This document shows positions 1 through 13,600 of a stretch of 64,000 nucleotides of DNA, in pieces; position 1 is the stretch's first letter; every line of letters starts with the position of its first letter. This DNA comes from Octopus vulgaris. Its lineage: Eukaryota. The position numbers were made by a program, and so were the translations under genes. The stretch spans positions 80,414,001 to 80,478,000 of the forward strand of contig OX597823.1 of assembly GCA_951406725.2 (NCBI GenBank), in the 5' to 3' direction. Below the pieces are notes generated by a model. It was not told the origin of the DNA. It did no database searches and was given only the letters and a program-made list of their open reading frames with translations.

Positions 1-270
1 GTGTGCCTTCGGGAGCCTTGTTGTTGATTGTGTATGTTATATTGGTCCCTCTTGCTAAATTTATAATGGTGTCATAAATCAGGAATTTCACAGATTTGGT
101 ACAAGAATAGCCAAGGGTACCACAGGGTACATTTTCTGTAGTCACTTGGAAAGTTCCTCCTGTTTCATTACAGAAATCCTGAGCTATGATATAAGCACAT
201 GCTCCCTGAAAGTTGTATGGTTTCCCATCAAATGTCACATAATGAGGATCTCCAAATGCTTCACAAGTGG
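1..270 (-). CDS. Exon: VWD3 N-terminal part (GDPH), truncated by window edge
   Basis: ATCEAFGDPHYVTFDGKPYNFQGACAYIIAQDFCNETGGTFQVTTENVPCGTLGYSCTKSV...; acceptor ttacag. Confidence 0.97.
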
Positions 271-388
271 CTGTAATAAAAATGACAATAAATTATAAGG
301 GTTTTTTATTGAACACAAAATATAATTGTCTATAATATTATTCTGCCTGTCAGGACATGTTAGAGTGCTATGCTTTAAACAGCCTTAA

Positions 389-561
389 CCCTTTTGATAC
401 CAACCTGGCTGAATTAAAATCTTCCATCAAACCTTAGTCACAATTTATGTTCCCAACACTAGCTTAATGATGACTAAGTTCTTTTACTAAATTCTTTGTT
501 ATATTTAAAATTAATTGATTGAAACTGAGAGCATCTCAAAATAAATACGGTAACGAAAGGG
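389..561. mobile_element. piggyBac-type MITE
   Basis: TTAA on both sides; termini CCCTTTTGATACC / GGTAACGAAAGGG; related copy at 23719-23939. Confidence 0.8.
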
Positions 562-1295
562 TTAACTGTGTAACAAAACAGAAGTCATAAACAATCTCTG
601 ATTTGATAGAAAAAGTTTCCATGTTATGTTTTTAACAACTTTAACAATGGAATGAAATTAAAAACAGACCTAATTAAAATCCCTAACATAATGAAACAGT
701 GTTATGATGATCCATATTTAATCTACTGCTCTATTCACATCTGCAAAGTCAATGATCTTCTCTTAATTAATCTTAAGATTAAGCAAACCAGTGAAAGCTT
801 ATCACCATTACAGTTTTAACATCCACTTTCCATGCTTGTATGGGTCCAACAGGGTTTATTTTATCGACCCAGAAGGATGAATGGTAAAGCTGATCCCTGC
901 GGCATTTGAACTCAGAACATGAAGTCTGAAGAAATACCACTAAACATTTTTTCAAGCACAGTAACAACTCTGCCAGCTCACCGTCTTATGTCTATACAAA
1001 TATCATTTCAAATTTTTCCACAAGGGCAGCTTGTGGGAGGGGATTAAGTCAATTACATCGACCCTAGTGCATAACTGGTACTTATTTAATTGACCCCGAA
1101 AGGATGACAGGCAAAGTCGACCATGGCAGAATTTGAACTCAGAACATAGCGACAGACTAAGCATTTTGCCTGGCATGCTAAGTTTTGCTAACAATTTTGC
1201 CAGCTTGATGCCTTATGTCTATAGAAATATAATAACAAAAAGAGATACTGACTGAAAAAAAAAAATGAAATGGAAATAATAGTAGATTATATTAC

Positions 1296-1342
1296 CTGCA
1301 CAATGACGTTCAGTACATTTCCAGGTTCCATGTTTACAATAG
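1296..1342 (-). CDS. Exon (47 nt): end of E'
   Basis: (C)YCKHGTWKCTERHCA; tttcag / gtaata; phase 2-1. Confidence 0.94.
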
Positions 1343-1600
1343 CTGAAAGAGGGATCAATATCATCTCAGAATTACAACATAGAAAGGTATCTTTTATTTT
1401 TTTATTTATTTCATATACTGGACTGTGGTCATGCTGGGGCACAGTGTTAAAGGGTTTTAGTTGAACAAATAGATTCTGGGATTACTTTGTTTTAAAGTCT
1501 AGTATTTATTCTATCAGGCTGTCTTACTGACCTGCTAAGTTACAGGGACATAAACAAACCAACCATCAGAGGGGACAATCACAAACGCACACACACACAT

Positions 1601-1646
<46 letters not shown>

Positions 1647-2200
1647 AGCTTCCACATAGTTTCTTGCTCCCAAATTCACTCACAAAACATTGGTGGCCTG
1701 GTGTTATAGTAGAAGACATTTATTTGCCCAAGATGCCACACAGTGGGACTGAACCCAAACCCACGTTGGTTGCAAAACAAGCTTCCAAACCATACAATCA
1801 TGATATATGATGTTCATCATATGTCACACAAAGTCCTCTAACATGCTTTATTAATCTCAGACTGGACTGGGCTATAATTTTTATGACAGCTTTTCTCATA
1901 TTTATGATAAACACACAGGTATTTAGGATAAACACTGATGGCTTTTAAATTATCTATTGCTCATTTTTATTAATTTTTTATGTCTATTCTGAAATGCTAG
2001 CAATTGAATTATAGGTAGGCCCATGTTGTTTGTAATGAGGCATTACTGGAATCCACAGAAAGACTTGATATTTATAGTACTGTGTATTGGAAACACTTGT
2101 TAATTTCACTGTGCTCTGATACCAATAACAATAAATTAACACTACAGCGTGAAGTTCATAAGTGTAAACAAGTTTGAATGCTGTGGGCGGAGGGAGAACC

Positions 2201-2535
2201 TGAAGGCACATAGCTTAGTAATTAGGGTATTCAGCTCATGATTATAAGATCATGAGTTCAATTCTTGAGCATGTTGTGTCTGTGAGCAAGATACACTTTA
2301 TTTCAAGTTGCCCAAATTCAATCAGCTGGCAACAATGAGTAGTGCTTGTGTTTCAAAGGGCTAGCCTTGTCACATCACTCTGTGCCATGCCATTCTGAAT
2401 CTCCCTGAGAGCTACATTAAGGGTACACGTGTCTGTGGAGTGCTCAGCCACTTGCACATTACTTTCACAAGCAGACTGTTCAGTTAATCGGATAAACAGG
2501 AGGGAACCTTTGTTGTCATGACTGGTGGAGTGCCA
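2201..2535 (+). mobile_element. tRNA-derived SINE family F
   Basis: A/B-box-like head followed by TGTGTC..TGAGCAAGA(T/C)AC; related copies at about 57225-57465(+) and 13930-14157(-). Confidence 0.7.
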
Positions 2536-3144
2536 ATAAAAAGAACTTGAGGTTTCAGGGCTGCTCTTTAATTTAACAGGAGGGGGGAGTGAGTGAGAGA
2601 GTGAGAGAGAGTGTGAGTGAGTGAGTGAGTGAAAGAGTGAGTGAGTGAGTGAGTGAGTGAGAGAGTGAGAGAGAGAGAGAGAGAGATGCAACTGATTATA
2701 ATATAGCATATGAACTTATCCAAACACCTGAACCTCACTATACAATTAACACAGACCACTCTAGGTTTCATTTGGCACTGTTGCTTTTAACGAACTCTAA
2801 TATGTGATAGCTACTAACAATTACACGATTAAGATCATTGAAAATTAAGTGTCTTAACTGTAAACAAATCACAATACAAATGGCAGGATATGAATCTCTG
2901 ACAGCTTAGACAGCAACCTTCAGCCATTATAACACCCATGAAGGAGTGTTATTCATTACTCCTTCAGTTGATAAGCTACAACACTAACAATTTAATTGGC
3001 TGAGGCATTCACCACAAATATTAAATATTTAAAAAGGAAAACATTCAAGTAATAATCAAAGTTGTTATGAAGTCAAATGCATTTCATCACAATGAATGAG
3101 ATGGAGTTCTCCTAGTCATCTAGGAGGACAGCAACTTCAAATAA

Positions 3145-3570
3145 GGCGTAGGAGTGGTTGTGTGGTAAGTAGCTTGCTTACGAACCACATGGTTCCAGGT
3201 TCAGTCCTACTGCGTGGCACCATGAGCAAGTGTTTTCTACTATAGCCTTGGGCCGACCAAAGCCTTGTGAGTGGATTTGGTAGACAGAAACTGAAAGAAG
3301 CCCGTCGTATATATGTATATATATATATATATTTGTGTGTGTGTGTGTGTGTATGTTTGTGTGTCTGTTCGTCCCCCCATCGCTTGACAACCAATGCTGG
3401 TGTGTTTATGTCCCCGTAACTTAGTGGTTCGGCAAAAGAGACCGACAGAATAAGTACTAGACTTACAAAGAATAAGTCATGGAGTCGATTTGCTTGACTA
3501 AAGGCGGTGCTCCAGCATGGCCACAGTCAAATAACTGAAACAAGTAAATGAGTAAAACAGTAAAAGAGTA
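3145..3570 (+). mobile_element. tRNA-derived SINE family A, full length
   Basis: A/B-box-like head, internal (TA)/(TG) tract, tail GACTGAAACAAGTAAAAGAGTA. Other copies: 21461-22026(+), 26312-26686(-), 41562-42004(-), 48496-48912(-), 62061-62323(+), plus diverged ones near 1390, 40280, 47630, 49800, 59985. Confidence 0.85.
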
Positions 3571-3714
3571 ACTGCTTGGGCTGTAACAAGCCATCCAACC
3601 TATGACAGGATAAAAATAGTGATGTCAGTAGATTGGTCATAGTTGGAGTGCCATTGATCATAAATTTGTATGATCAACATCAACTTAGGGTTAAAAAGTA
3701 ACTATTTTTTTTTT

Positions 3715-3980
3715 TAGCATTAGCTTGAAACATGAATAATCGAGTACAAATATAGATGTGCTGGCCACATCACATGACTGAAGGACAACAGATGGAGAAT
3801 CAGGGTGATGGAATGGACAGCAAGACAATGGACAAGATCAAAAGGCTGACCAAAAACAAGAAGGTGAGATAATCTCACCTGTTAACTGTGGCCTATATGG
3901 CTACAACTGGCTGGAGACATTTGGCAGTGGAAGGAATTCAGAGAGGGCTTCCTCCATCAGGAGAGATGAAGCCCTAGATA
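3715..3980 (+). mobile_element. RTE-clade LINE 3' fragment (decayed)
   Basis: AGHIT*LKDNRWRIRVMEW...RSKG*PKTR. Confidence 0.7.
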
Positions 3981-4010
3981 TTGGACACTGGATATGAATA
4001 ATTTGTTTAA

Positions 4011-4382
4011 TCTCTATATATATAAAGCTGAAGTTGTCTGTGTATAGCAGGTTTGGTAGCCTTCAACTAACACTATCTCCTCCGAGACCCTGCGGTGCAA
4101 GTTGACCAAAATTGAGAGTATGATAGAAGAAGGCTTGCTCTTCCTTCCGTAGAAGAAAAAATTAAAACCGGACCATGTTAACACCAAAAATTATTTACAT
4201 CAAAAAGGTGCTTTTTTTCTATGAAAATCCCCTTTTTTTTTCTTTTTTTACTGCTGTGTCACTATTTTTCAGTGTATTTCAACCAGAAAAATGTTCACTT
4301 AAAGAGAATAACAAGCTACATAATGCAAAATTTTTACTTTTCAAAAATTCCAATTCTAAAGGGTCGAAACAAACCTGAGCAA
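4011..4382 (+). mobile_element. Non-autonomous Helitron, same family, 3'-truncated
   Basis: Colinear with the reverse complement of 22435-22803; stops within the terminal hairpin. Confidence 0.8.
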
Positions 4383-4441
4383 ATATACAATATTTCAGCA
4401 ATAAAAAATAAAAAGAAAGAAGAAAATATTTTGCTACTAAC

Positions 4442-4682
4442 CATTGGTTGCAATCTTTTTTAATTTTGTCACCATTTTTGTACTGGTATCCCAGATGATT
4501 ACAAGGACACTCAGTGGGTTCAACGCATTTTTGACTGTCTTTGTTGGGTTGTACTTTACCTTCAGGACAGATACAACCTTGCTGGCTGCATGTAGCAACA
4601 CAATCAACATTGAGGCTATCACAAGTTCGAATACAATCAGAGCAGTTGCTCCATACCATATCACCAGAACATAATTCATTAA
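4442..4682 (-). CDS. Exon: TIL' and start of E' (D' region)
   Basis: VNELCSGDMVWSNCSDCIRTCDSLNVDC...CPCNHLGYQYKNGDKIKKDCNQ(C); phase 1-2. Confidence 0.96.
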
Positions 4683-5482
4683 CTAGAAATTAGAAATGAA
4701 ATGTTAGTTTTCAAAACCAAAAGTGTATTACAATTTATGCATGAAAATATATATTTTTTTTAATTTTGGCACAAAACCAGAAATTTTCAGTGAGTGGATA
4801 AGTCAATTACATGGATAATTTGAAACAAATTTATTAATCTAATATTTGTATTTTCGAAACAAAACAAGACTTCCCAGTTAAAAAGTTATAATGAATATAT
4901 ATATATATAAAATTAACAGAATGAGATAAAAATCTGAAATATTTCACAGCCTTGGATTTTTATCTCATTCTGTTAATTTTTTATATATATGCATGCTAAT
5001 ATATGACCTACACTGGACTCCTCATTCGCATAATGACTGAACCTGGAGCTTAACTATAGTCTGTCCATAGCACTTACTCAGCATTACCTGACACCTTTGG
5101 GTCTTCTTGACACCATTACTTCTCATAACCTATATATATGTATCAGAACCTTGACGTACAGTTTCATATATTCCTGAAAGGCATTCCTTTCAATCAAAGT
5201 ATGAAAAAATTACATAGTTCTCATCTCTTTAGAAGTATATATGGTTGTTTTGGAAGAAATGAGGGTAAAAGATTCATTAATCTAAAGTAGTGTTTCTCAA
5301 CCGAGGTTATCTGGAACCCTAGGATTCTGCAAAAATGTTCCAAGGTGTTCCGTGAGAAACAGTGAGATAAGCTAATGTTAATTTCATGATCATAATATTA
5401 CTATACATGTACAACATATTGGTTATTGTAATATAGTCATCAGCCTATCTAACCTATTATGTTATCAAAAAATATAACAACC

Positions 5483-5538
<56 letters not shown>

Positions 5539-6238
5539 ATATGATATTTACCATGTGAACTATGATGGAAAAATATGAGAAAGATATGGTATATAACTTT
5601 TTTTTGTGCAGGGGTTCCTTGAGACATGTAAAAGGTTAAGAAACGCTGATCTAAAGAGAGAAGTTTGTTAAAGCAGCCAGTCAGTTTGAATTGTTAGAAA
5701 TGACAAGAAGCAATGAGAGAACAGTTTATACAAAGCAAGTTACTATAGCTACTAAGAATACAACCAAAGGAATAAAAGTGGTTTAATGTCTGGCTTTCAA
5801 ATTCTCAAGTCATAACCATTTGAAGGTTTTATTTGTTTTCACTAATGTTTTCTTGAAATGAATATATTAAAATAAGATAAAAAGATTACCAGTTTCCGCT
5901 GTTGTCAAAAATATTTACAAGTGATTATAGAGAACACAAGAGGTACAGGAAGTGTTTGTTAATACCATAATCATATGATAGATTATAGCAAAATGGCATG
6001 GAAAGAATATCTGTCAAAGCTTCTTCAAAGTGCCCACTACTTTGATAAAAAAAAAAAAAAGAGGCAAACATTGGAAATGTAACCTTAGATATATTATACT
6101 CAAGAAAAATATGTGCAGAAGATCACAGTGAAATGGACTGACCTGAGGTCAAACAACAACTATGATTTTTTTTTTATTGCAAGCCTTTTTAGACATATTT
6201 TAGTTTCAATGTGAAAGATTTTTTCAAGTTGTAGCCCA

Positions 6239-6282
<44 letters not shown>

Positions 6283-6284
<2 letters not shown>

Positions 6285-6838
6285 GCCCTGATGCAGTACC
6301 AGGCAGTTGCTCTCATGGCTTCTGATCTTAACTGATTGGAAGTGTTATCATGTACATTGTTTTGTCTTGGTATAAAAGATGGGCTACAGCAAATATTCTG
6401 CTCGATACCACATATTTGCTTGTCAGTTGTTTGACCTTAACCAGTTGAGCATGTCCCTCAGTGGCTGACAATATGTGCATCTCTGATCACAAGCAGAAGT
6501 AGTGGGGGAGCATCATAGCCATGTGTTGAGAGGGATTCTTTGGAGTTTGAATAATTCACCTCTGGAAACATAGGTGTTTCATTCAACATCCTTAAACAAC
6601 ACTTATTCAGGGACCTTTTCAGTAGGATGGGCTACTCGACCTGAAGAAAATTCTAACCGGGCCCCACCTGCAAGGTTATGCGCTGTTTATCTTGATATGA
6701 GATCACCATGTCACACACATATGGTTGTGATGCATGTGCCTAGTGTATCCTTATCTGACAGGTAGTCATGATGGGTATACTGGGCTTCGTATATTTTACC
6801 CCAGTGTCACTTTGATGGCATGCACGGCTCTCTCACTC
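6283..6838 (+). mobile_element. Insertion embedded in a (TAA)n microsatellite; possible 3' UTR of a TAA-targeting non-LTR element
   Basis: Higher-complexity block with (TAA)n on both sides. Dong/R4-clade TAA targeting is established; assignment here is inference. Confidence 0.5.
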
Positions 6839-6869
<31 letters not shown>

Positions 6870-6871
6870 CA

Positions 6872-7140
6872 ATTATTGTATACAGTGCTCAGGTGCACCA
6901 CAACTTGTCAAAAGTGCATATAAAGCATATGCAGTAATGTACAAATGTCTGGGAAGTGAACAGTGTATGAGTCAGATACATGCTTGCGTGTGTATGGAGG
7001 GAAGAAAATCAGGTGTAGTGTTGGCGAATCTCAGGAAGCATGGAAGTTTTGAAGGATGCAGTGCTCCAACAACCAACAACTGATGCCAGCAGTTTGTTCC
7101 ATGCTTCAGCAACTCTTAGCGTGAAAAAATGTTTCCGAAA
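6872..7140 (-). mobile_element. CR1-clade LINE 3' fragment
   Basis: FRKHFFTLRVAEAWNKLLASVV...ASFKTSM..* matches the ORF2 C-terminal RxxFFxxRVxxxWNxLP motif. Confidence 0.8.
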
Positions 7141-7523
7141 GGCATATTCAGTGACCATGTTATAGTTATTTCAAGTATGGTTATTGGTTATTCAAGCATG
7201 GTTGTTTAGCCCCAGATATTCCCAGATCAAGTAGATCTATAGTCAAGGACTTTCCAGCCCTGACTATTCCATCATTTTTTTATGCTTAAAACTACACTGC
7301 ATAAAGTGTCCTTTGTTTCTTAAAGACAGATGAGTGTGATTTGCAGAAGATTTGGCTGTTATCGCTATTTTATCAAACAACCACACAAATACCAACTTTG
7401 GATTAAATCTAGAGTAATGTAGATTTAGCCTTGAGTGATTTAATTTATTGGTCCCTTAAGTAGAGCATTTATGTACATTAACTGGTATATAAGGTGAAGG
7501 AATTTAGTGCAATTAATACAAAC

Positions 7524-7570
7524 CATTGCAGCTTTCAGTAGTACATTGCCAGTGACCATCAATGCAGATA
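7524..7570 (-). CDS. Exon (47 nt): end of E2
   Basis: (C)ICIDGHWQCTTESCN; ttctag / gtttgt; phase 2-1. Confidence 0.93.
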
Positions 7571-9192
7571 CTAGAAATATAAAAAAAAGAACATATCAGA
7601 AAATATAAAGTAGTGAATTGTATGGACTTGATTAGCTTCTTTTTCCATGTAATCATTCTAGTGTGGGCTCTCTACAGTGGTTTTCATTTCTTCTTTTGCA
7701 GATGAAGAGAGTTGCAGAGGGTGGGGGTGATAACTTAGAAAAGGAAGGGTAGTACCCATGATCCATTTCAGAACCTTCGGGATAGACTGATCTTTTCCCA
7801 GTCCTCTTCCTCCTCCTCATCATCATCATTTAATATCTGTTTTCCATGCGGGTATGGGTTGAACGGTTTGACATGAGCGCTGACCAGTCAGAGAGCTGCT
7901 CAGGCTTCAATTATCTGTTTTGGCAGGGTTTCTATAGCTGGATGCCCTTCCTATCACGAGTCTCTTTACCAAAGATCTGGCTCAGATGCTTGCAACAGAG
8001 TGGACTCTGCTAAAAACAGGCCAGGACCAGGTGATGCTGTTAAACCAGATAACAGATAATTTATTTCAAAATGGATAATTTATTTCAAAATGATAAAAAC
8101 TGCTGCTTGAGAATAGACACAGTCTCTCCACTGACACGCTTCCAAGCAGATTCCATCTGTTGATGTTTCATTTGGTCTGAGGATGTGGTAAAAGCAACAT
8201 TTGCCCCATCTATGAGTCATACAGTGGGACTGAATCTGAAATCATGTAGTTGTGAAGTGATTTTATAAACAATACAGTTTTGATCTTTTCCCAGTCCTCT
8301 TTCTCTTCCTCTTCATCATCATCATTTAACATCTGTTTTTCCATGCGGGCATGGGTTGAATGGTCTGACATGAGCTGACCAGCCAGGGAGCTGCCCAGGT
8401 TTCAATTATCTGTTTTTGGCAAGATTTCTGTAGCTGGATGCCCTTCCTGTTACCAATTTCTTTACAAAGTGCACAGGGTGTTTTTCACATGGCACCGACA
8501 CAGGCACGTTATATACAGCATTGGCATGGGTGCTCTCATGCGTTACTGGCATGAGTGCTTTTCCATTGCACTGGCATGGGTACTTTGTACATAGCACCAG
8601 CATAAATACTTTTCTACATGACACCAGTCCAGGTGTTTGTTTTTTATATTTAAAAACCAGCCCTCACCAATTATTCAGTGTCTCTTTCCTTATCACATTA
8701 GTGAATTATGGTAATTGAGAATTAAAAAGCTTTGTTAAAAATCACACATATATTCTTGGCCTCTCGGGAAACAAACCAATACACAACACTATTGATTCAG
8801 ATAGCTGCAGTTGTCATGGCCCAAGGAGCAATGAGTATCAGATTCAGTAGAGACATGAACAAAATGTTTGAAGTATCTACATACATACTTTTATGCTGTG
8901 GGTTCAAATCCTACCATGGTCAACTTATATTGTTTAACTTTCCAGGTTCAATAAAATAATTAGTAAAGTACTGGAAGCTTCTAGTCTTATAACTATTGTA
9001 AGAAATTGTTACTTACTATAAGTCCTCACAAACTTTTTCAAGTATCACATAAAGTGGAAAGTGAGAGTGGAATGGGAAATTCTGCCTTAAGCAAATTTGA
9101 TGAGAAATAGGTGACAATGATAATGATGACAATGGCAGTGTTGAAGATGATAATGATAACTATAATGAAGACGAAAATTTCTTGTAACGTAC

Positions 9193-9308
9193 CATTCATT
9201 ACACAATTCTTGTCTGGAAGATTTTGGTTCGTAATATTCATTTCTGTAGTAACATTTACATTCTTCAACTGGCACACAAACATTATCTTCTTCATCATAT
9301 TTTTCTCC
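9193..9308 (-). CDS. Exon: end of TIL2 / start of E2
   Basis: GEKYDEEDNVCVPVEECKCYYRNEYYEPKSSRQELCNE(C); phase 0-2. Confidence 0.95.
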
Positions 9309-10202
9309 CTGTAAAATTTAAATTTAAATTATATTCAGTCTGAATCAAAAGAAAACAAAACAAAAACAATAACAGTAATAGCAACAACAACAATAATAAC
9401 TGTCTCAGATTTGGCACAAGGTCAGCAATTTTAGGAGAAAAGGTTGGTCAATTACAACCACCCCAGTACTTGACTATTACTTAATTTTATTAACTCCCAT
9501 GTGATAAAAATAAGACAAATGAATGATAATAATAATAATAATAATAATCCTTTCTACTATAGGAAGAGAGGAACTAGTTGATAACATCGACCCTAGTGTT
9601 TCACTGGTACTTAACTTATCAACCTTGAAAGAATGAAAAGCAAAGTCAACCTCAGTGGAATTTGAACTCAGAATGTAATGACAGACGAAATACCTATTTC
9701 TTTACAAATGGATTAAGTCGATTATATCAGTCCCAGTGTGTAACTGGTACTTATTTAATCGACCCCAAAAAGATGAAAGGCAAAGTTGACCTTGGTGGAA
9801 TTTGAACTCAGAACGTGGCGGCAGACGAATTACCACTAAGCATTTCACTCAGCATGCTAACAACAACAACAATAATAATAATCTTTTCTACAATAGGCAT
9901 GATGACTGGAATTTGGGGGGAAGGAGGAAGTCAATTACCTCACCCCCAGTGCTTGACTAGTACATCTTTTATCAACCCTGAAAGAATAAAAAGCAAAGCT
10001 GACCTCAGCAGTATTTTAATAATAATAATAATTTCTACTAAAGGCACAAAGCCTGACATTTTGGAAGTGGGGAGTGGGGATAATCGATCAGTACTTATTT
10101 TATCACTCCTAAAAGAGGAAAAAAGTCAACCAGTGGAATTTGAACTCAGAATGGTGTGCTAACTTAGCCTGGTGTGCTAACTACTCTGTCAGTTCACTGC
10201 CT

Positions 10203-10237
<35 letters not shown>

Positions 10238-10419
10238 GTGAAGATTCTTTCTACAATAAGCACTAAGTGGGGATGGAGAAAATTGTAAGAACCTCAGACA
10301 GACTACCTTGTAGTATTTGTTCCAGTTCTATATATTCTGAGATCAACTCCCACCATGGACTACTCGAGTAGTAGGCGTCATCCATTTCCCCAGTTTGACC
10401 CTACTAACTGGGCAGGTGC

Positions 10420-10900
10420 TCCGGCAGATTGTTTAACTCTGTTGGACTGCATTCAACACTGTATCTGTAAATGCTATAAGTCCTGATCTATCTTCTAAAT
10501 TGGATTAACTTTCTCATCGTCTTTGTGTGGCTTCCTGGTCTCTTTTCTATAAGTATTTCCATGGACATTGTTCAGCTGAGCTCTCTTCTCTGGTTCCTCC
10601 TTTAAGAACTTATCAGCGATCAACAAGACTTGCATCCAGTTCTCATCAATATACTGTGCAACCTCCTAAGTGTCGTAAATCACAATACAGTACCAGTTTC
10701 TTCCCTTGCACCTCTGAACTTTGGAACTCCCTTCCACGGTCTTGTTTTCCTCTTCAATATGACCTCCAGTTCTTTAAATCTTATGTTCTTTAAATCTTAT
10801 GTTCTTTAAATCTTATGTACATCATCACCTATTGACTTCTGTCTCGCATCCATTTTATTTTAGTAGCTCTTACATTTTCAGTGGTCTAAGGACCTTGTAA
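10420..10900 (+). mobile_element. CR1/Jockey-group LINE 3' fragment
   Basis: SLFYKYFHGHCSAEL...SFFPCTSELWNSLP...FFKS ORF2 C-terminus; 16-bp triplication near 10770-10817. Confidence 0.8.
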
Positions 10901-11108
10901 CAAGTGAATGCTTTAAAAAAAAAATGGTGTCTTTGGTGGAATCTACTCTGCTGCAAACATTTTGGCCAGATTTCTGGTTTCAGAATACCTTCCCCATCCC
11001 TTCCACTTGTCTGTACCCCCCATTGTAGATCTTGGGAACTGCCAGCTCTTCTTACTAATGATAAAATAAAAGTAAAAATCTGAAATAAATTTATACTTGA
11101 TAACTTAC

Positions 11109-11230
11109 AGGTGGGCAATTACAGCCTTCAATACATTCTTCTTCACATTTCTCTGGTTGAATTCCTCGACAAGTTTGGTCACAGTTATAACCACATTCCT
11201 GATAAATCATACCCTTTGTACAGTTGATGA
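11109..11230 (-). CDS. Exon: TIL2 domain
   Basis: FINCTKGMIYQECGYNCDQTCRGIQPEKCEEECIEGCNCPP; phase 1-0. Confidence 0.96.
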
Positions 11231-11600
11231 CTGAAAACCAAAATTAATACAGACATTCAAAATCTTATGAACAAAATCATGTGGTGATGAATATTTGCAC
11301 TTACAAAGGGGCTCTGTCCTGTGTTATAAACCCCATTAGGTGGGTTAAATAATTTTGTAAGATGAGGAAATTTTGGAAATCATCTTTATTTAGTAACTAG
11401 TTATGTTGGTATTTTCATTAAAAGGTATTTTCATTAAAAGGTATTAAAAGGTATTAAGAGGTATTTGAAATTTCACAGGGGGTGTTTCCCCACCCCCCTC
11501 TAAGCCCCCTAATCACAATGGAAAGTAAATTTTATGTAGCTCATCGTCTTTCTCGTAAATTTTCACATGAGAACACATACTTTGTTTTTATGTATCTTCT

Positions 11601-11825
11601 TATTTCTTTATTGCCCACAAGGGGCTAAACTTAGAGGGGACAAACAAGGACAGACAAAGGGATTAAGTTAATTAGATCGACCCCAGTGCATAACTGGTAC
11701 TTAATTTATCGACCCCGAAAGGATGAAAGGCAAAGTCGACCTTGGCAGAATTTGAACTCAAAACGTAACGGCAGACAAAATACCGCTAGGCATTTTGCCC
11801 GGCGTGCTAACGTTTCTGCCAGCTC
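11601..11825 (-). mobile_element. SINE B with 17-bp TSD, inside a probable Helitron remnant (about 11397-11898)
   Basis: GTTTTTATGTATCTTCT at 11584-11600 and 11826-11842. Confidence 0.85.
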
Positions 11826-11970
11826 GTTTTTATGTATCTTCTATTCCCTTTTGTCCTATAGATATACAGACACACAGACATTGAGCTTTATTATATAGCT
11901 ATATAATTAAGGGTGCATAATAGCACCTATAATTGCTGGAAATAAGAGCTAAAAATTGTAACCCAAATAG

Positions 11971-12128
11971 CCACACAAAATCATCACCCTTATGAGATGT
12001 CCAAAGGAACTGCCAGTGGCAAGCCACATTATTTCATTCTGCAAGTTTTATCTCGCTGGAGAAAGATATTGTGGCTTGCTGCTCTCAGTCCCTTTGAACA
12101 TCTCATAAGGTTGATGATTTTTTTGTGG
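11971..12128. repeat. Fold-back inverted repeat (MITE-like)
   Basis: About 60-bp imperfect arms. Similar unrelated fold-backs at 4900-4990, 27898-28057, 50612-50746 and 50965-51113. Confidence 0.7.
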
Positions 12129-12980
12129 TTGTATTATTAAGTAGAGCTTAAGCCATCTGTGAGATGACTTCAGTGAGATGGTTGCATATTTGTTTCCTTA
12201 TTGCACACAGAAGGGGGCTAAACATAGAGGAGACTAACAAGGACAGACAAAGGGATTAAGTAGATTATATTAACCTCAGTATTCAAGTGGTACTTATCTA
12301 ATTAACCCTGAAAAGATGAAATGCAAAGTCGACTTTGATGGAATTTGAACTCAGAACATAACAGCAGAGGAAATACCCCTAAGCATTTAGGCCAGCGTGC
12401 TAATGATTCTGCCAGCTCACTGCCCTGATGGTTATATATTAACTATCGCCTGTCTTGTGTATCACATTTGATGCACATGATATATTTCTCCAGTGTCCAT
12501 GCATCATATGTGATACACATTCACAGTTTTTACAACCAGCAGAGTAACTTGAGACTTATTGAAGGAAAGCTTTATATTACCCAGAACATATGAAACAAGG
12601 GCCAACCAAATGTAGGCTGGCATTTTATACTACAGCTGCAAGTCAACCAATAAATTGTGAATGAAACTGGTAAAGAAAGGATGTTTTTAGCCCCAGGTCA
12701 ATCCTGATCAAAAGCTTTCCAGTGCTTCTTTATGTGTGTTGTCAACTTTGAACCCTTTATATCTTGTATTCTCATGGTTTCTTAGTAATCCTTCATTGAG
12801 ATTCTAGTTTTTGTAGGGTTAAATTTGTTTAGGCAGCTCTTGGTTTCTTAGTTTATGGTGGTTTCATCATTTATATCTTATCTTACTATACATTTATATT
12901 TTGTGATTGTCATTCGCTGGGATTCTAATTATGGTAAGGTTATACTTCTCCAGGGACTTAGAGTTTACAGAGTCTTTATT

Positions 12981-13600
12981 GCGTGTGTGTGTGTGTGTGT
13001 GTGTGTATGTTCTTTTGTGTGTCTTTGTCTGTGTGTATGCATGCTTGTGTGTGCTTGTGTATGTTTGTGTGTGTGTATGTGCATGTTTGTGTGTATGTGC
13101 TTTTGTGTGTGCGTGTGTGTGTGTGCTTTTGTGTGCGTGTATGTGTGTGTGCTTTTGTGTGTGCATGCTTGTGTGTGCTTGTGTATGTTTGTGTGTATGT
13201 GTGCATGCATGCTTGTGTGTGCTTGTGTATGTTTGTGTATGTGTGTGGGCTTGTGCATGTTTGTGTGTGCTTGTGTGAGTTTGTGTGTGTGTATGCTTTT
13301 GTGTGCACGTGTGTGTGTGTTCTTTTGTGTGCATGCTTGTGTGTGTGTGTGTGCATGTGTGTTCTTGTGTGTGTATGCATGCTTGTGTGTGCTTGTGTAT
13401 GTTTGTGTGTGTGTATGTTTGTGTACTTGTGTATGTTTGTGTGTGTGTGTGTGCTTGTGTATGTTTGTGTGTGTATGAATGTGTGCATATGCATGCATAC
13501 TTGTGTGTGCTTGTGTATGTTTGTGTATGTGTGTGTGCTTGTGTATGTGTGTGTGTGTGTGTGTGTGCATGTGGTTGTGTATGTTTGTGTGTACGTGCTT
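12981..13600. repeat. Complex (GT)n-derived array
   Basis: GTGTGCTTGTGTATGTTT-type higher-order units. Confidence 0.95.

Noticed and set aside
7788-8450. Local duplication of about 165 bp (7788 and 8281)
   Set aside because: Real but mostly a family C repeat with short shared flank; no functional implication seen.
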